From positions 1 through 64,000 of the IMG/VR virus record IMGVR_UViG_3300025133_000049: a DNA stretch of 64,000 nucleotides, one strand, 5' to 3'. This DNA is from a virus. Below the pieces are notes generated by a model that was not told where the DNA came from, did no database searches, and was given only the letters and a program-made list of their open reading frames with translations. The translations under genes and the position numbers were made by a program. Numbering within the stretch: position 1 is the first letter of the stretch; the number at the start of each line of letters is the position of its first letter. Below are positions 18,697-28,910 of the stretch, piece by piece.

Positions 18697-19932
18697 TTAT
18701 TTTCCTTGTGCTATCTCTGCATATACTTGCATTAACTCTGGTGTATCTGGAAGAGGTAGTGTAGTAAAGTTATTCACTTCACCCATAAACTTCATACCAA
18801 AATACTTACCATCGATACCGAAAGTATTCTTCAATACATGGTAACTCCTGAATCTATTAAATCCGGAAGGTGCCATCATACCACCTGTAGTTTGATTAGC
18901 CATTATCTGATAACCACCATACAACCCTTCGGCTGAATAAGCTTTATATCTAAATGGATCAAACAAAGCAGCTACTACATCAGCATCATGTGACATCTGA
19001 CTGGAGCCTTGGAAGTCCTCTAGTTGGGGAGATAAATCTCCTCCGTGCATCTTTTGACGCGTTGAGTCTCCTAAACCTCTATTCAATTGTGACACTACTA
19101 CTGGACTAAATCCATACAGGTCTCGCGACTCTGCCAAGAACACACTAAGCTCATCAAGCTTGGATTTGTTCTCAGAGAAATTGGTTCCACCTATTAATCC
19201 TATACCATCAATTACTATAAACACAAATGTCTTAGGTTTATGTGGAAAATACATATGATCATTTTTATATAATCGATATGTCTTCTCTTTATACGTAAAC
19301 TCTAAGTACTCACGCTTACCTGTTTTAGTATCCTCCATTTGTCCGGAGAACTCTACAGTCAGTAAAGGTGAATCATCTATTAACAAGCCTTCGTCGTTAG
19401 TGTGGAAATAAGTTCCAAGCTCTCGAGCACGGGCATGTACTGTTTGTTTAATGTTCTCAATAGATTGCTTACCATCATGTATGTCTACGTATTGTAAGAG
19501 TTCGTCAATTTCCTCATCATATGAACGGATTATATTGTATCCTGTTTCATTGATAGGCCGTTTACCCCAACCCATTAGATCATCAGCTGATAACTGGTAT
19601 CCATGGTCTCGGTATAACATCCAACTTACAAACTTAGCATGCTTGAACATCTTCTTTCTCTCTAAGGAATAGTATATTACTTCCCAATGAAAGTCAGAGT
19701 CCTCTTTGTGATCTTTTACAAAACCACTCCACGGCGCCAATACATAACTGTAATCAACAAATGATGTCTTACCAGATCCAGTTGCTCCACCAATTAAATG
19801 GTAACGCGATTGCATTAGGTTATAGATATCATCTATCCTGTCTAACGGATTAGGAATGTATGTAACATCACCTCTCAGTGCTGCATCTACCTGAGTTAGA
19901 AACCCAGCTTTATATCCTTGGTTTAACCCCAT
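18697..19932 (-). CDS. dnaB: DnaB-like replicative helicase
   Basis: GGATGSGKTS, YYSLE, IVIDGIG, VSQLNR, PQLEDFQGSSQMSHDADVV and LKN motifs. Confidence 0.9.
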   Translation of the reverse strand: MGLNQGYKAGFLTQVDAALRGDVTYIPNPLDRIDDIYNLMQSRYHLIGGATGSGKTSFVDYSYVLAPWSGFVKDHKEDSDFHWEVIYYSLERKKMFKHAKFVSWMLYRDHGYQLSADDLMGWGKRPINETGYNIIRSYDEEIDELLQYVDIHDGKQSIENIKQTVHARARELGTYFHTNDEGLLIDDSPLLTVEFSGQMEDTKTGKREYLEFTYKEKTYRLYKNDHMYFPHKPKTFVFIVIDGIGLIGGTNFSENKSKLDELSVFLAESRDLYGFSPVVVSQLNRGLGDSTRQKMHGGDLSPQLEDFQGSSQMSHDADVVAALFDPFRYKAYSAEGLYGGYQIMANQTTGGMMAPSGFNRFRSYHVLKNTFGIDGKYFGMKFMGEVNNFTTLPLPDTPELMQVYAEIAQGK

Positions 19933-20450
19933 GATCCATTAGATTTACTTTGATTAGTATTTTTAAACCCTCCTGTTTGATACAAAGTATACGCCTCTAC
20001 AATCAATCCTTCGTTAACAAAGTTCTTGAATGCTTTAGGTCTCTCTGTAGTTTTATAGTAATGTTTAATAGAATTAATCAAATCTACTGGTATAATATCA
20101 TCAGAGTCAACTAGGTTACCTATAATATTTATAGATTCTTTATCCATACCACGTAGCATATATGCTCCATCCGGTGATTGCGCAGGAACTTCACATATAT
20201 TCATGAATGCTAGTCCTCGAGCTCTACCTTTGGCATCGATTATTTCAGAAGGCCAACCAGCGCCGGCTGTAGTGGGATCCATAAGCTCCTCTATATTTAG
20301 CTTAGCTTGCTTTTTCTCCTCTACTTTGACAACTGGAATTACTTCCTCCTGTTCTAGATGTTTATACTTCTCGGTTATAAAGAAACCACCTCCAATGTTG
20401 ACAATGATATTCTTGTCTTCCATTAATTGTACTATTTCATCTTTTGTCAT
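19923..20450 (-). CDS. hypothetical protein coupled to DnaB (possible loader/initiator)
   Basis: Overlaps the dnaB start; function is positional inference. Confidence 0.65.
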   Translation of the reverse strand: MTKDEIVQLMEDKNIIVNIGGGFFITEKYKHLEQEEVIPVVKVEEKKQAKLNIEELMDPTTAGAGWPSEIIDAKGRARGLAFMNICEVPAQSPDGAYMLRGMDKESINIIGNLVDSDDIIPVDLINSIKHYYKTTERPKAFKNFVNEGLIVEAYTLYQTGGFKNTNQSKSNGSWG

Positions 20451-20452
20451 TT

Positions 20453-21745
20453 TTAGTTTTCTTTAACTGTTCTATAGTCCCAGACTTGGGTATCGTCGGG
20501 TCTAATATTTGTACTCCTAATCATGTTACGGGCCCACTCAACCTGAGCAGTCTCCTGACATGTATAGGTTCCATCTCTCTCTTTACGCATGTAATAAGGT
20601 AATAGCATATAAATAGTAGCAGTTTTATCGGCTTCTAATCGCATTAACCTACCAAACCTCTGTGTAGCTTTCGTATCAGAACCGTAAAAGGATTCAAATA
20701 TACCAACATTTAGGTTAGGAATGTTAACTCCTCTATTAATTTTATCACAAACTCCTAATAATCTTGAACTTCCAGACATGAATTTTAAGTAGTTCTCTGC
20801 AGCTTTAGTCTTAGATATACCGCCGTGGTATACATAGTCATCACCTACAATTGCTGTACTTTGTTCTGTCCTTTTAGAAAATACTACAACCTTATTATCC
20901 TCATCAGATAATATAAAGTTGAGTAGATTTCTTACAATAACTACTGAAGCTTTGTTATGTAATAAGATTTCCGATCGTGCTTTAACAGCCATTTTCTCCT
21001 GGAAATCTATATGCTTAATTTGTTTTTGATAATTTGACGCGTTCATGGTACCACTCAAGCTAGCAATATTCAGCTGTTCTTTTTGTGTCTTGAACTTATC
21101 AAATTTCTTTTCATTATAATCATATGCATTACATTGTGAATTGGTGAATGATTTCTCAACACCACCTTTTTTATACGTAATTTTAATGTCTTTAGGATCT
21201 CGAGATAAGTCATACTTAATGAAGACAAAATTCATCTTGTTAAGTACTCCATCTCCCTGAGCATCATCTGCATCGTATTTAACTAACACTGGTAAGAATT
21301 CATCAAACCAAGGTTGTTTAGTTTTGGTAATAAAGCCGGTTAATCCAATTGTTCTATGAGTTGGAAATGCATGAAAGAACCTAGAAAACTTCTCGGTACC
21401 TCCTGCAAAATCCACCTCATCAGCAATTACTAATGTATCCGAATACCAATGCTGTGCATTAGTTGTTTCAGTCCACTTGTAAGCTGTTTGATAATTAACC
21501 ATTGTTACTTTATTTTGGTAATACTCCGGCATGCCCCACTCAGTAAACTCATTTCTCCACATGGTATCACGTAGATCGTCTGAGTTTACTAAGATGATGA
21601 CATTCGGTGGATTAAGCCATTTAATTAAATCAATGGCTACTTTACCTTTTCCAAAACCTGTTGATAATACGAGAGTGCATCTATGAGGATTTTTGTCCTT
21701 ATATAGCTGAATTACTTCAGCCTGCTTTTTGTCTCTAAGTGTCAT
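20453..21745 (-). CDS. superfamily 2 helicase (ResIII/UvsW-like)
   Basis: STGFGKG, IADEVD, IGLTG, VVVFS, NRGVNIP and TQRFGRLMR motifs. Confidence 0.9.
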   Translation of the reverse strand: MTLRDKKQAEVIQLYKDKNPHRCTLVLSTGFGKGKVAIDLIKWLNPPNVIILVNSDDLRDTMWRNEFTEWGMPEYYQNKVTMVNYQTAYKWTETTNAQHWYSDTLVIADEVDFAGGTEKFSRFFHAFPTHRTIGLTGFITKTKQPWFDEFLPVLVKYDADDAQGDGVLNKMNFVFIKYDLSRDPKDIKITYKKGGVEKSFTNSQCNAYDYNEKKFDKFKTQKEQLNIASLSGTMNASNYQKQIKHIDFQEKMAVKARSEILLHNKASVVIVRNLLNFILSDEDNKVVVFSKRTEQSTAIVGDDYVYHGGISKTKAAENYLKFMSGSSRLLGVCDKINRGVNIPNLNVGIFESFYGSDTKATQRFGRLMRLEADKTATIYMLLPYYMRKERDGTYTCQETAQVEWARNMIRSTNIRPDDTQVWDYRTVKEN

Positions 21746-21746
21746 A

Positions 21747-21938
21747 TCAATCTTCGTCTAACATAAATTGCAGAGAAGATTTATCAAACTTCTTAACAAA
21801 ATCGGGAAATGCTTTCATAATCTTTTCTTGATCTCCCCAACTAGCAGAAGCTAAAGCTTTACCTAAATAGTTTTCAAAACCACTTCCGTATTGCTCAGAC
21901 ATCTCTTTGACTCTCTCAATTTGTTTAAAATTTACCAT
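21747..21938 (-). CDS. hypothetical protein (63 aa)
   Basis: YGSGF..LGKA..AS..DQ.KI..AFPD phage small-protein pattern; coupled to neighbours. Confidence 0.7.
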   Translation of the reverse strand: MVNFKQIERVKEMSEQYGSGFENYLGKALASASWGDQEKIMKAFPDFVKKFDKSSLQFMLDED

Positions 21939-22350
21939 CGTTAGTCATTTTAGGTCTCAAATCTTCTATATGTCTACCGTGTTCTTTTACTATTTGAGTA
22001 AAGATATCATCCCAGTGAGGTAAACCTCCCAGGTTTCTATCATCTACATAAATAGTAGCAGAAATTTTACGGGCGTCTGATTTGAACTTCTCAACTAGAT
22101 GTGGGAAATTACAATTAACCCAATCATATTTTAATCCGTTCTCATTCATCCACTCGATAGCATTACCTAATGTAACACCTTCACGTAGCGTATTAATTAC
22201 AATACCGTATCCCATATCATATAATCGATTTATCTGATATATAGCATTATCTCTTTGATTAGCTACATTCGGGTAGGCATCCTGTTCAGTAATCGTCCCA
22301 TCGAAATCTACTCCAATGATGACGCTTGGTTCTCTATAATGTCCTTGCAT
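21925..22350 (-). CDS. HAD-superfamily hydrolase
   Basis: IIGVDFDGTI (DxD), INTLR and RKI.A..YVDDRN motifs. Confidence 0.85.
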   Translation of the reverse strand: MQGHYREPSVIIGVDFDGTITEQDAYPNVANQRDNAIYQINRLYDMGYGIVINTLREGVTLGNAIEWMNENGLKYDWVNCNFPHLVEKFKSDARKISATIYVDDRNLGGLPHWDDIFTQIVKEHGRHIEDLRPKMTNDGKF

Positions 22351-22356
22351 TCTCTT

Positions 22357-22548
22357 TTACTTTTGGTGGTTCCTCATGTAAAATCTCATAGTTGTGTCCA
22401 TTAGTACGAAATTTTGTACCTTCAGGCCAACCAAAAGGATGGTAGTTAAACGTGTGAGCTGCTCTACTGAAATGAATTGCGTCACTTCTCCATCTATTTT
22501 TACATTGATTTTACCCGAGGCTCTCCCGGATTTTTCTTTTATGTTCAT
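22357..22548 (-). CDS. hypothetical protein (63 aa)
   Basis: Fills the gap between polA and the HAD gene. Confidence 0.6.
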   Translation of the reverse strand: MNIKEKSGRASGKINVKIDGEVTQFISVEQLTRLTTILLVGLKVQNFVLMDTTMRFYMRNHQK

Positions 22549-22550
22549 AA

Positions 22551-24788
22551 TTAATGTACATTACCCCATGAGTCACCTGATGCAGCCTCGGCTCTAAGCA
22601 AAGGAAATCCTGCTAATTTACCAGCTAATTCCATGAAGTGTTCTAATTTCTCTTTAGCTAAAGTTGTATACGCCGGCCTAGATTGTACAAAGTATTCATC
22701 ATGTACAGGAAGCAAAAGCTTAATGTTATCTTGATGATTGTTTTGAATAATCCAACGTCTGAGTAATACTCCAGCTATTTTCAAGATAGAACTACCGGAA
22801 CTTTGAATAGGTGAATTATAACTAGCCCTCTCGATGCTTGCATGCTCTCTCGGGTTGTTAATTTTCCACGTATCAAAATAACGTACTCTACCAAATACCG
22901 GTTCTATGATATAACCGTTCTTAACAGCAAATGAACCAAATCGATCCATCATTGCTTGTATGTTAGGTAACTTCTCGAAGAAGTTTTTCAATATATCAGC
23001 TGCTTCACTCTGATCTATCTTAAGATTAAATGCAAGTTTAGGTGCACTAATCCCATAAATAGAACCAAATGATACTGCTTTAGATTGTCCTCTTAATATC
23101 TTATGATCAGGGCATTTACATTGTCCTTCATCTATCTCATGCTGGCAATCTGGTAATGTAGCATCTATCCAACGTTGGCCAAATATCAGCTTAGCATTAA
23201 TACTATGCAAATCTTTACCTTGAGCTACAGCATCTAACCAAACTTGTTCATCAGATAATGTTGCAGTCACTACTAGCTCTTCACCACTGTAATCTGCACC
23301 AATACAATCAAATCCTTCATCACCGATGAAACATCTTCTATATACATCTGCGTTAGGCATATTCAATAAACTAGGATTAGTAGAACTTAACCTACCTGTC
23401 GCTAGTATTTGTCTAAACCTGGTCCTGAACTTACCATCTACCTCCACATGCTTAGTGTAGAAACTCTTACCAAATGATTTAATCTGATGAGCTACCTCAG
23501 CAAACTTCAAATAGTGTGGAAATATAGGATGAGTATCAATATGTTCTGCTATGATGTCTTTACCTGATGATTCAATACTAGCATCAATTGCTTGAAATAT
23601 TTTCAGCTTTTGAGTAGGACTGGCCCAGTTAATGGTAACTTCATCTTTAGCTCTATAGAACCCGTTATCAGTTAAATAGTACATATAATTATCTATGACA
23701 AATTGATCCAAAGATTTACCAATAGTTGCTTTATTATCCTTATTTTGAGCAATAAGTAACTTAGCTACAGCAAAATGGGTGTCAAATGTTGTAGGATACG
23801 AGTGTGAGTTCCAAGCTTTACCGTTGAGCTTACCCTTAAGTTCACTAGGAAATTCAGGGTCCTTTAACTCTAACCATTGTTTTAAAGCTACTTTAGATGT
23901 GTTCTCAAAAACCTCTGAATACACCATACCTAAGATATGTTTCTTCTCTTTAGTTGATGACCATAATTTTTTAGTAACTTCATCTTCAAGCCCAATCCAA
24001 TCATTGTCTATCAGGATATCCATAAATTCAGCTCTAGCTATACTATTAAGTTCTTCCAGCTCTGCCTCATAAATAGGTCTCACTGTGTCTTCAATATCAA
24101 ACCACCTGTCTTTATTTATACGTACTCCTTCATACTCCATGTCAGCTACAACTTTAACGAACTCATTCTCCCACCACATAGTCTTCATTAGACCCCGGTG
24201 CTTTCCGAGTTTAAGTCGTTTGTCTTCAGCTTTCATTTCAGCTATTTGCATTCTCCTGATTTTACCAGAGAACACTACATCAACTGCAGCATACCTGATT
24301 TGATCATCGTCATAAGGTTCTTCGGTACCAAATGTTGTCTGCTCTTCCTTTGATATGGTATGACCAAAACGACGCTCAATAATAGCAGCTAAGCCATTAT
24401 ATCCTTGTTCCTGTCCTAATCCATTATTCAAAGTTTGTTCAGCTAACATGGTATCCCAGACTCTCTCCAGTTGTACACCTTGCTTCTTGAATACTTGGTA
24501 ATCAAAACTTACATTTTGTATAATACAATACTTCTTTTTAATCACATTTAGTAAAGCTTGTTGTTCTACTTGAGAACATGCTTCCCATTCTATTACCCAC
24601 ACAATAGATCCATCTTCATCGGCTATTGATATGACTTTAAGGTCTCGTTGGAGAATACTATCGACTACATTAGTCTCAGTATCCAGTCCAATTATATCGA
24701 TACCTTTAAGCCATTCAAGGCCGTGTCCTACAGCTACACTATCGTAGCTGCAGGAGTCTGTTCGACCTGTGAATAATATTTTAGACAT
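22551..24788 (-). CDS. polA: DNA polymerase family A with 3'-5' exonuclease domain
   Basis: GLDTET, QNVSFD and YAAVD (Exo I-III); TGRLSS, ADYSGEE (A), RGQSKAVSFGSIYG (B), VHDE (C). Confidence 0.95.
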   Translation of the reverse strand: MSKILFTGRTDSCSYDSVAVGHGLEWLKGIDIIGLDTETNVVDSILQRDLKVISIADEDGSIVWVIEWEACSQVEQQALLNVIKKKYCIIQNVSFDYQVFKKQGVQLERVWDTMLAEQTLNNGLGQEQGYNGLAAIIERRFGHTISKEEQTTFGTEEPYDDDQIRYAAVDVVFSGKIRRMQIAEMKAEDKRLKLGKHRGLMKTMWWENEFVKVVADMEYEGVRINKDRWFDIEDTVRPIYEAELEELNSIARAEFMDILIDNDWIGLEDEVTKKLWSSTKEKKHILGMVYSEVFENTSKVALKQWLELKDPEFPSELKGKLNGKAWNSHSYPTTFDTHFAVAKLLIAQNKDNKATIGKSLDQFVIDNYMYYLTDNGFYRAKDEVTINWASPTQKLKIFQAIDASIESSGKDIIAEHIDTHPIFPHYLKFAEVAHQIKSFGKSFYTKHVEVDGKFRTRFRQILATGRLSSTNPSLLNMPNADVYRRCFIGDEGFDCIGADYSGEELVVTATLSDEQVWLDAVAQGKDLHSINAKLIFGQRWIDATLPDCQHEIDEGQCKCPDHKILRGQSKAVSFGSIYGISAPKLAFNLKIDQSEAADILKNFFEKLPNIQAMMDRFGSFAVKNGYIIEPVFGRVRYFDTWKINNPREHASIERASYNSPIQSSGSSILKIAGVLLRRWIIQNNHQDNIKLLLPVHDEYFVQSRPAYTTLAKEKLEHFMELAGKLAGFPLLRAEAASGDSWGNVH

Positions 24789-25695
24789 TAGGTGCCCCTA
24801 AAGAGTTAGCCCAATCGTCTCCCGGATCAGCTGCAGGTGCTACATCGGTTGGAATACCTGGAATAGCAAAAGTTTCAGGTGCTTCTGTTGGCGCCTCATC
24901 AAATGTTACCGGTTCCTTAACTTCTTGTACAGGATCAGGAGTAGTAAATGGATTAGGTGTAGTTGGTACTACAACTTCCGATGCTACTACCTCAATTGCA
25001 TTTGCTGTATCAGTGTCTGCTTTATCAACATCAACTTCTCCATACTCAAAGTCAGTTCTTTTTATATCATTAGATCCTACCTCTTCAGCTTTAGCTTCAG
25101 CATTCATTTGAGCATCATCAGCTAGAACTAAAGGACAAATAGAGATATTCTTTCTTGTTACATAAGACATCTCACCTTTACGTGCTCCACCTGATATTAT
25201 TTTAGGTAAATGATATACACCATTATGTGATGTTATTACATTTTCAACAGCAAAGTTTAAGTCAACATAATCTTCAACTACAATACCGTAAGTAGATTCA
25301 ACTAAGGCAAGTAACTCTTTACCACCTTTACCACCACCTTGAGTCATTACATCTGATTTGGGTGTATTATCCTCATTAAAGGTACATGATCCGAATAAGG
25401 ATACCTTTGGGGCACTTTTTGGTACCAATGCTACAAATAATAATTTGGTTGGGATTTCTCCAATCATACCCCAATCATCAGAACTGAAGATATCAAGGCC
25501 ATTGCCCGGAACTTCAGATCCTTTGTTAGCATACTGTAAGTTCTCAGTAGCTACTAAAGTTTGACTTGGATATACTTTTCCATTTTTGTACAGTCTTAAA
25601 TCTGCACTTTCAGGGTTCTTTGATACTGTAGATCTCACAGGAGCTGCTTTAGCTACAGGTGTAAGTTCTATGTTGTTTAAAAAATCTAGATTCAT
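24781..25695 (-). CDS. hypothetical protein with acidic, Pro-rich disordered C-terminus
   Basis: 304-aa ORF overlapping the polA start. Confidence 0.8.
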   Translation of the reverse strand: MNLDFLNNIELTPVAKAAPVRSTVSKNPESADLRLYKNGKVYPSQTLVATENLQYANKGSEVPGNGLDIFSSDDWGMIGEIPTKLLFVALVPKSAPKVSLFGSCTFNEDNTPKSDVMTQGGGKGGKELLALVESTYGIVVEDYVDLNFAVENVITSHNGVYHLPKIISGGARKGEMSYVTRKNISICPLVLADDAQMNAEAKAEEVGSNDIKRTDFEYGEVDVDKADTDTANAIEVVASEVVVPTTPNPFTTPDPVQEVKEPVTFDEAPTEAPETFAIPGIPTDVAPAADPGDDWANSLGAPNV

Positions 25696-25710
25696 AATAT
25701 AGTTATTTAA

Positions 25711-25923
25711 TTATTTTTTTTGTTTAAAAATAGATTTGTTGTGTCTACTTTCTAATAAATTTGTTAATACTTTCTTAAGAGAACTATTTGATTTGACTAA
25801 AACATCCATGCGTTGTCTTGGTACGTGGTACCAACGGCCTACTGTTGTTTTATGCCCTTTCTTAGCCTCTTTCAAGTCTCTGTCTAATTGCTCTTGTAAG
25901 TTATACTTTCCTACTCTATCCAT
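25711..25923 (-). CDS. small basic hypothetical protein
   Basis: TAATG-coupled to the upstream ORF. Confidence 0.65.
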   Translation of the reverse strand: MDRVGKYNLQEQLDRDLKEAKKGHKTTVGRWYHVPRQRMDVLVKSNSSLKKVLTNLLESRHNKSIFKQKK

Positions 25924-26306
25924 TAGCTAAATATTTTCCTCCACCAAGGTTTACTTTTACAATTCTCATACAACTCTACAGCACTCGAAGCAACCTCTTG
26001 AGCACTCGAAGCAACCTCTTGAGCTTCTTGAGCTGTTCTAACTAATCTAGCAAAATTTTCATTTTTACTATCATTAGACTCCTTAAGGAATTGAATTGTA
26101 TCTTCTAATTCAGCTATATGCATAACTTGCGCACTAATAGTACGGTTTAAAGCTTTAATTTCTGCCTCTAGCTTCAGTGTACTTAAGTTCTTTTTGCCTA
26201 TCTCTTCAATTAACTCGTCGTTTAATTCAAAAGCTTTTGCATTTTTTCTAACCACCTCCTTATGCGAGGTGATTAGATCTTTCTTCAACATTTTTGTGTA
26301 GTTCAT
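25923..26306 (-). CDS. coiled-coil protein with C-terminal KPWWRKIF motif
   Basis: Heptad pattern; amphipathic WW tail. Confidence 0.7.
   Translation of the reverse strand: MNYTKMLKKDLITSHKEVVRKNAKAFELNDELIEEIGKKNLSTLKLEAEIKALNRTISAQVMHIAELEDTIQFLKESNDSKNENFARLVRTAQEAQEVASSAQEVASSAVELYENCKSKPWWRKIFS
25980..26021. repeat. exact 21-bp tandem duplication (one heptad, AQEVASS x2)
   Basis: AGCACTCGAAGCAACCTCTTG occurs twice in tandem. Confidence 0.9.
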
Positions 26307-26312
26307 CTCTTA

Positions 26313-26597
26313 CTATTTAGTAGGGAACAACTCCTTATTAAGTTCTTTCAAGTCTTTGATAACTTGTTTACGCTCAGCAACCATAGCTTTGCAATCAATA
26401 ATTGCCGGCCCATTGATGATCGGTGAGTTCAGCTGGTCTTCCAGACAGCTTTCTTCTTTTAATAATTGAATCTCGTTGGCGTTTATGTCTGCCTTTAATT
26501 GTAATTGATTCGCATTTGATTGTAGATCGATCTCTTTTGAGGCTACTGATCCGTCCTTCACTGCTTGTTGTCTTTGGATGTACGATTGTTTTTTCAT
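26313..26597 (-). CDS. helical/coiled-coil hypothetical protein (94 aa)
   Basis: A-rich leader; ends ELFP as in similar Bacteroidota phage proteins. Confidence 0.75.
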   Translation of the reverse strand: MKKQSYIQRQQAVKDGSVASKEIDLQSNANQLQLKADINANEIQLLKEESCLEDQLNSPIINGPAIIDCKAMVAERKQVIKDLKELNKELFPTK

Positions 26598-27201
26598 TTT
26601 TATTTGATTTAGAATTATTATTATTATTATTTATTATTTCAATATTACTGTTACCATCTAGGTCTGTAAACCCTAAGTCTGTATCTCTTTTGGCATGCAT
26701 TACACTTGATTCGTATTCACACATACTACTCCATAATGTAGTGGACTCCCCTGTTCCGTATCCTACTGTAGGATGCACCTTTGAAAAGGGACTACCATTA
26801 TAATACCCAAACCACTTAGGGTAGCTTATAATCTCATTCTCCCAAGTTTTAGCTACCCTACAATCATGCTTTCGCATAAGTTTAACAAAATCCTGGTAAT
26901 CCTCCTCATCCTCACAACGAACTAAGAAGTTATCCTCGGATAATAGCTTAGGTTTATAAACGTACTCTAAGTAATTGTCTACTTGAGTCCATTTCACTAT
27001 ATTCTTAAAGGCTGAGTTCCATTCTTTATTCACTACAGTATTAAGATGATACTTGAATCTTCCGTCTACTAGTCCTACCCAAAGAGGCTCACCGTGTATA
27101 CGAGCTTCTCCTGAACATCTTTGTAATTCAGGGAAAGTAGCATTTACATTTTGGAGATCTGTAGTAGATACGCATTTTACTAAAAAATCTTTATTTTTCA
27201 T
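26395..27201 (-). CDS. hypothetical protein with duplicated FLV(K/R)C domain and overprinted basic tail
   Basis: Probable start ATG 27201 (ACAC leader); DFLVKC/NFLVRC repeats; last 203 nt overlap the next gene. Confidence 0.7.
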   Translation of the reverse strand: MKNKDFLVKCVSTTDLQNVNATFPELQRCSGEARIHGEPLWVGLVDGRFKYHLNTVVNKEWNSAFKNIVKWTQVDNYLEYVYKPKLLSEDNFLVRCEDEEDYQDFVKLMRKHDCRVAKTWENEIISYPKWFGYYNGSPFSKVHPTVGYGTGESTTLWSSMCEYESSVMHAKRDTDLGFTDLDGNSNIEIINNNNNNSKSNKNEKTIVHPKTTSSEGRISSLKRDRSTIKCESITIKGRHKRQRDSIIKRRKLSGRPAELTDHQWAGNY

Positions 27202-27216
27202 GTGTATATATTTTAA

Positions 27217-27352
27217 AAGCACCTCGTTTCCCCTCAGAAACTCTATTAATATTTAGTTTTAGTTATTAAAAGATGATGAGGTGCTTAAGTGTAAGTTGAC
27301 GCTTGATTAAATTAAATAACCCTAAACCACTTTGAAATACAAGCGCCAACTT
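27217..27352. repeat. two adjacent intergenic inverted repeats
   Basis: AAGCACCTC (27217-25)/GAGGTGCTT (27278-86) and AAGTTGACGCTTG (27293-305)/CAAGCGCCAACTT (27340-52). Confidence 0.75.
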
Positions 27353-27353
27353 G

Positions 27354-27920
27354 TTAATCGTTAAGTATTGGGTGTTTCTCTATTGCTTTGGTAACTTCGT
27401 CTTTACCATGAAACAATATTTCTTTACGAGCTGCTTTGATTGCTCGTTCTGGTGTGTTTATGTTCTTCTCGATTACTGCTATACCTCTTGTATACTCTGA
27501 TACAGTGTAGTAGTCTCCTGAATAGTTCAAATGCACATAGAACTGAAAACCATAGTATTTGAATGCCTGTTTAGCTTTACGTGAGAAGTTCTCTACCTTA
27601 TTACCACTTAATATTATATCTGTAATGAAGGTACTATCTACAACTAATTGTTCTTTGAACTCTTCCCACAAACCACCCACATCTTGCACTGTGATTGACT
27701 CTCCAATATATAGTTCTGTTAACTGGCCTACATCTTTAGCATCACTTAAGCTATCAAAGAACTCCTTAGCTTGCTTTGGTGTCATACCATGTTGTGCAAG
27801 GGTTTTGGATCCTTGTGTAATTACTAAGTATACCCCTATTTGATATAGTTGTGTACTTACAGTGTACATAGTACCATCTGCGGTATATGTAGCTGATTTA
27901 GGGTATGTTATTGTTTTCAC
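27354..27920 (-). CDS. hypothetical protein (188 aa)
   Basis: GTG start abutting the upstream stop. Confidence 0.75.
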   Translation of the reverse strand: MKTITYPKSATYTADGTMYTVSTQLYQIGVYLVITQGSKTLAQHGMTPKQAKEFFDSLSDAKDVGQLTELYIGESITVQDVGGLWEEFKEQLVVDSTFITDIILSGNKVENFSRKAKQAFKYYGFQFYVHLNYSGDYYTVSEYTRGIAVIEKNINTPERAIKAARKEILFHGKDEVTKAIEKHPILND

Positions 27921-27921
27921 G

Positions 27922-28227
27922 TCATAAAAATTTATCCTGTGTTAAATATTTATCTCTTGCCCACTGATAGTCTTTATCAGTATCATATATTAGAAATCCT
28001 CTCCATTTTGCATATCTATCACCTCTCCATAAGAATAATGTAGCAGGTCTTTCAAATACTTTAAAGCTATATTGTCCAGGTGATAGATCAAGTTTTTCAC
28101 TAAAACAAAATATGTCATACCCGAGTTGAGTTTCAAGTTCTCCATGAGCATATGTACCTTGTAATCTATTGCCTTCGTGATACATACCAGTATCATCCTG
28201 TGCTGAGTATATTTTTATTGTTTTCAT
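27922..28227 (-). CDS. hypothetical protein (101 aa)
   Basis: Coupled ORF in the early cluster. Confidence 0.7.
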   Translation of the reverse strand: MKTIKIYSAQDDTGMYHEGNRLQGTYAHGELETQLGYDIFCFSEKLDLSPGQYSFKVFERPATLFLWRGDRYAKWRGFLIYDTDKDYQWARDKYLTQDKFL

Positions 28228-28571
28228 TATGTTTTAGCTTTAAATCCTTTATAAAGTTCTTCCAATCCTAGATACCCTACACCTGTAAATGAATGACTGG
28301 TACCACTGTCTTCATCAGCTCCGTAATTATATTGGAACCTAATTACAACTTCCCCAGTTTTTCTTGTTTTGAAGTGATTAAACTTACTAAATCCTACAAT
28401 GTTTGGGCTTATGATATTTTCAGCTGTATTAAATGCTTCTATATCTTCTTCTGTCCATTTACTCTTGTCTGGATATTGATACCCTTCATTCTGAAAGGTT
28501 AATGCCGAGAATCCTTTTTGGATTAGCACTAACTGATCATATTGTTCTTTAGTTATTAAATCTATTGTCAT
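28227..28571 (-). CDS. hypothetical protein (~114 aa)
   Basis: Likely start at MTIDLIT (ATG 28571) rather than 28610. Confidence 0.65.
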   Translation of the reverse strand: MTIDLITKEQYDQLVLIQKGFSALTFQNEGYQYPDKSKWTEEDIEAFNTAENIISPNIVGFSKFNHFKTRKTGEVVIRFQYNYGADEDSGTSHSFTGVGYLGLEELYKGFKAKT

Positions 28572-28697
28572 AATTCCTCTATGTATTTTAAAGTTACCTC
28601 TGCTTGGCACCTAACACCATTCCAATAATGATAATCTGTGCTATGAATATTTAAACTTTTGCATATCTTCTCAGCTTGATCCTTGTCATTTTGTATT

Positions 28698-28910
28698 TTA
28701 ATTTTTATTTCTTCCATCTTTGTTGTTTTTAAATGGACTAAGCCCTATTCGTACAAATTTTCCGCCTTTACACCCAGGAAAGCCTGTGTATTCTACAGAG
28801 CTAACGGTTCCCCATATTTTAGTACCGTCAGGTTTCCAAAAGAACATCTTGTTGGTTAAATCTGGACATCCCATTTTTCTATACACTTCAGTACTAAATT
28901 TTCGTTTCAT
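28698..28910 (-). CDS. small basic hypothetical protein (70 aa)
   Basis: Shares a 20-bp leader with the upstream ORF. Confidence 0.6.
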   Translation of the reverse strand: MKRKFSTEVYRKMGCPDLTNKMFFWKPDGTKIWGTVSSVEYTGFPGCKGGKFVRIGLSPFKNNKDGRNKN

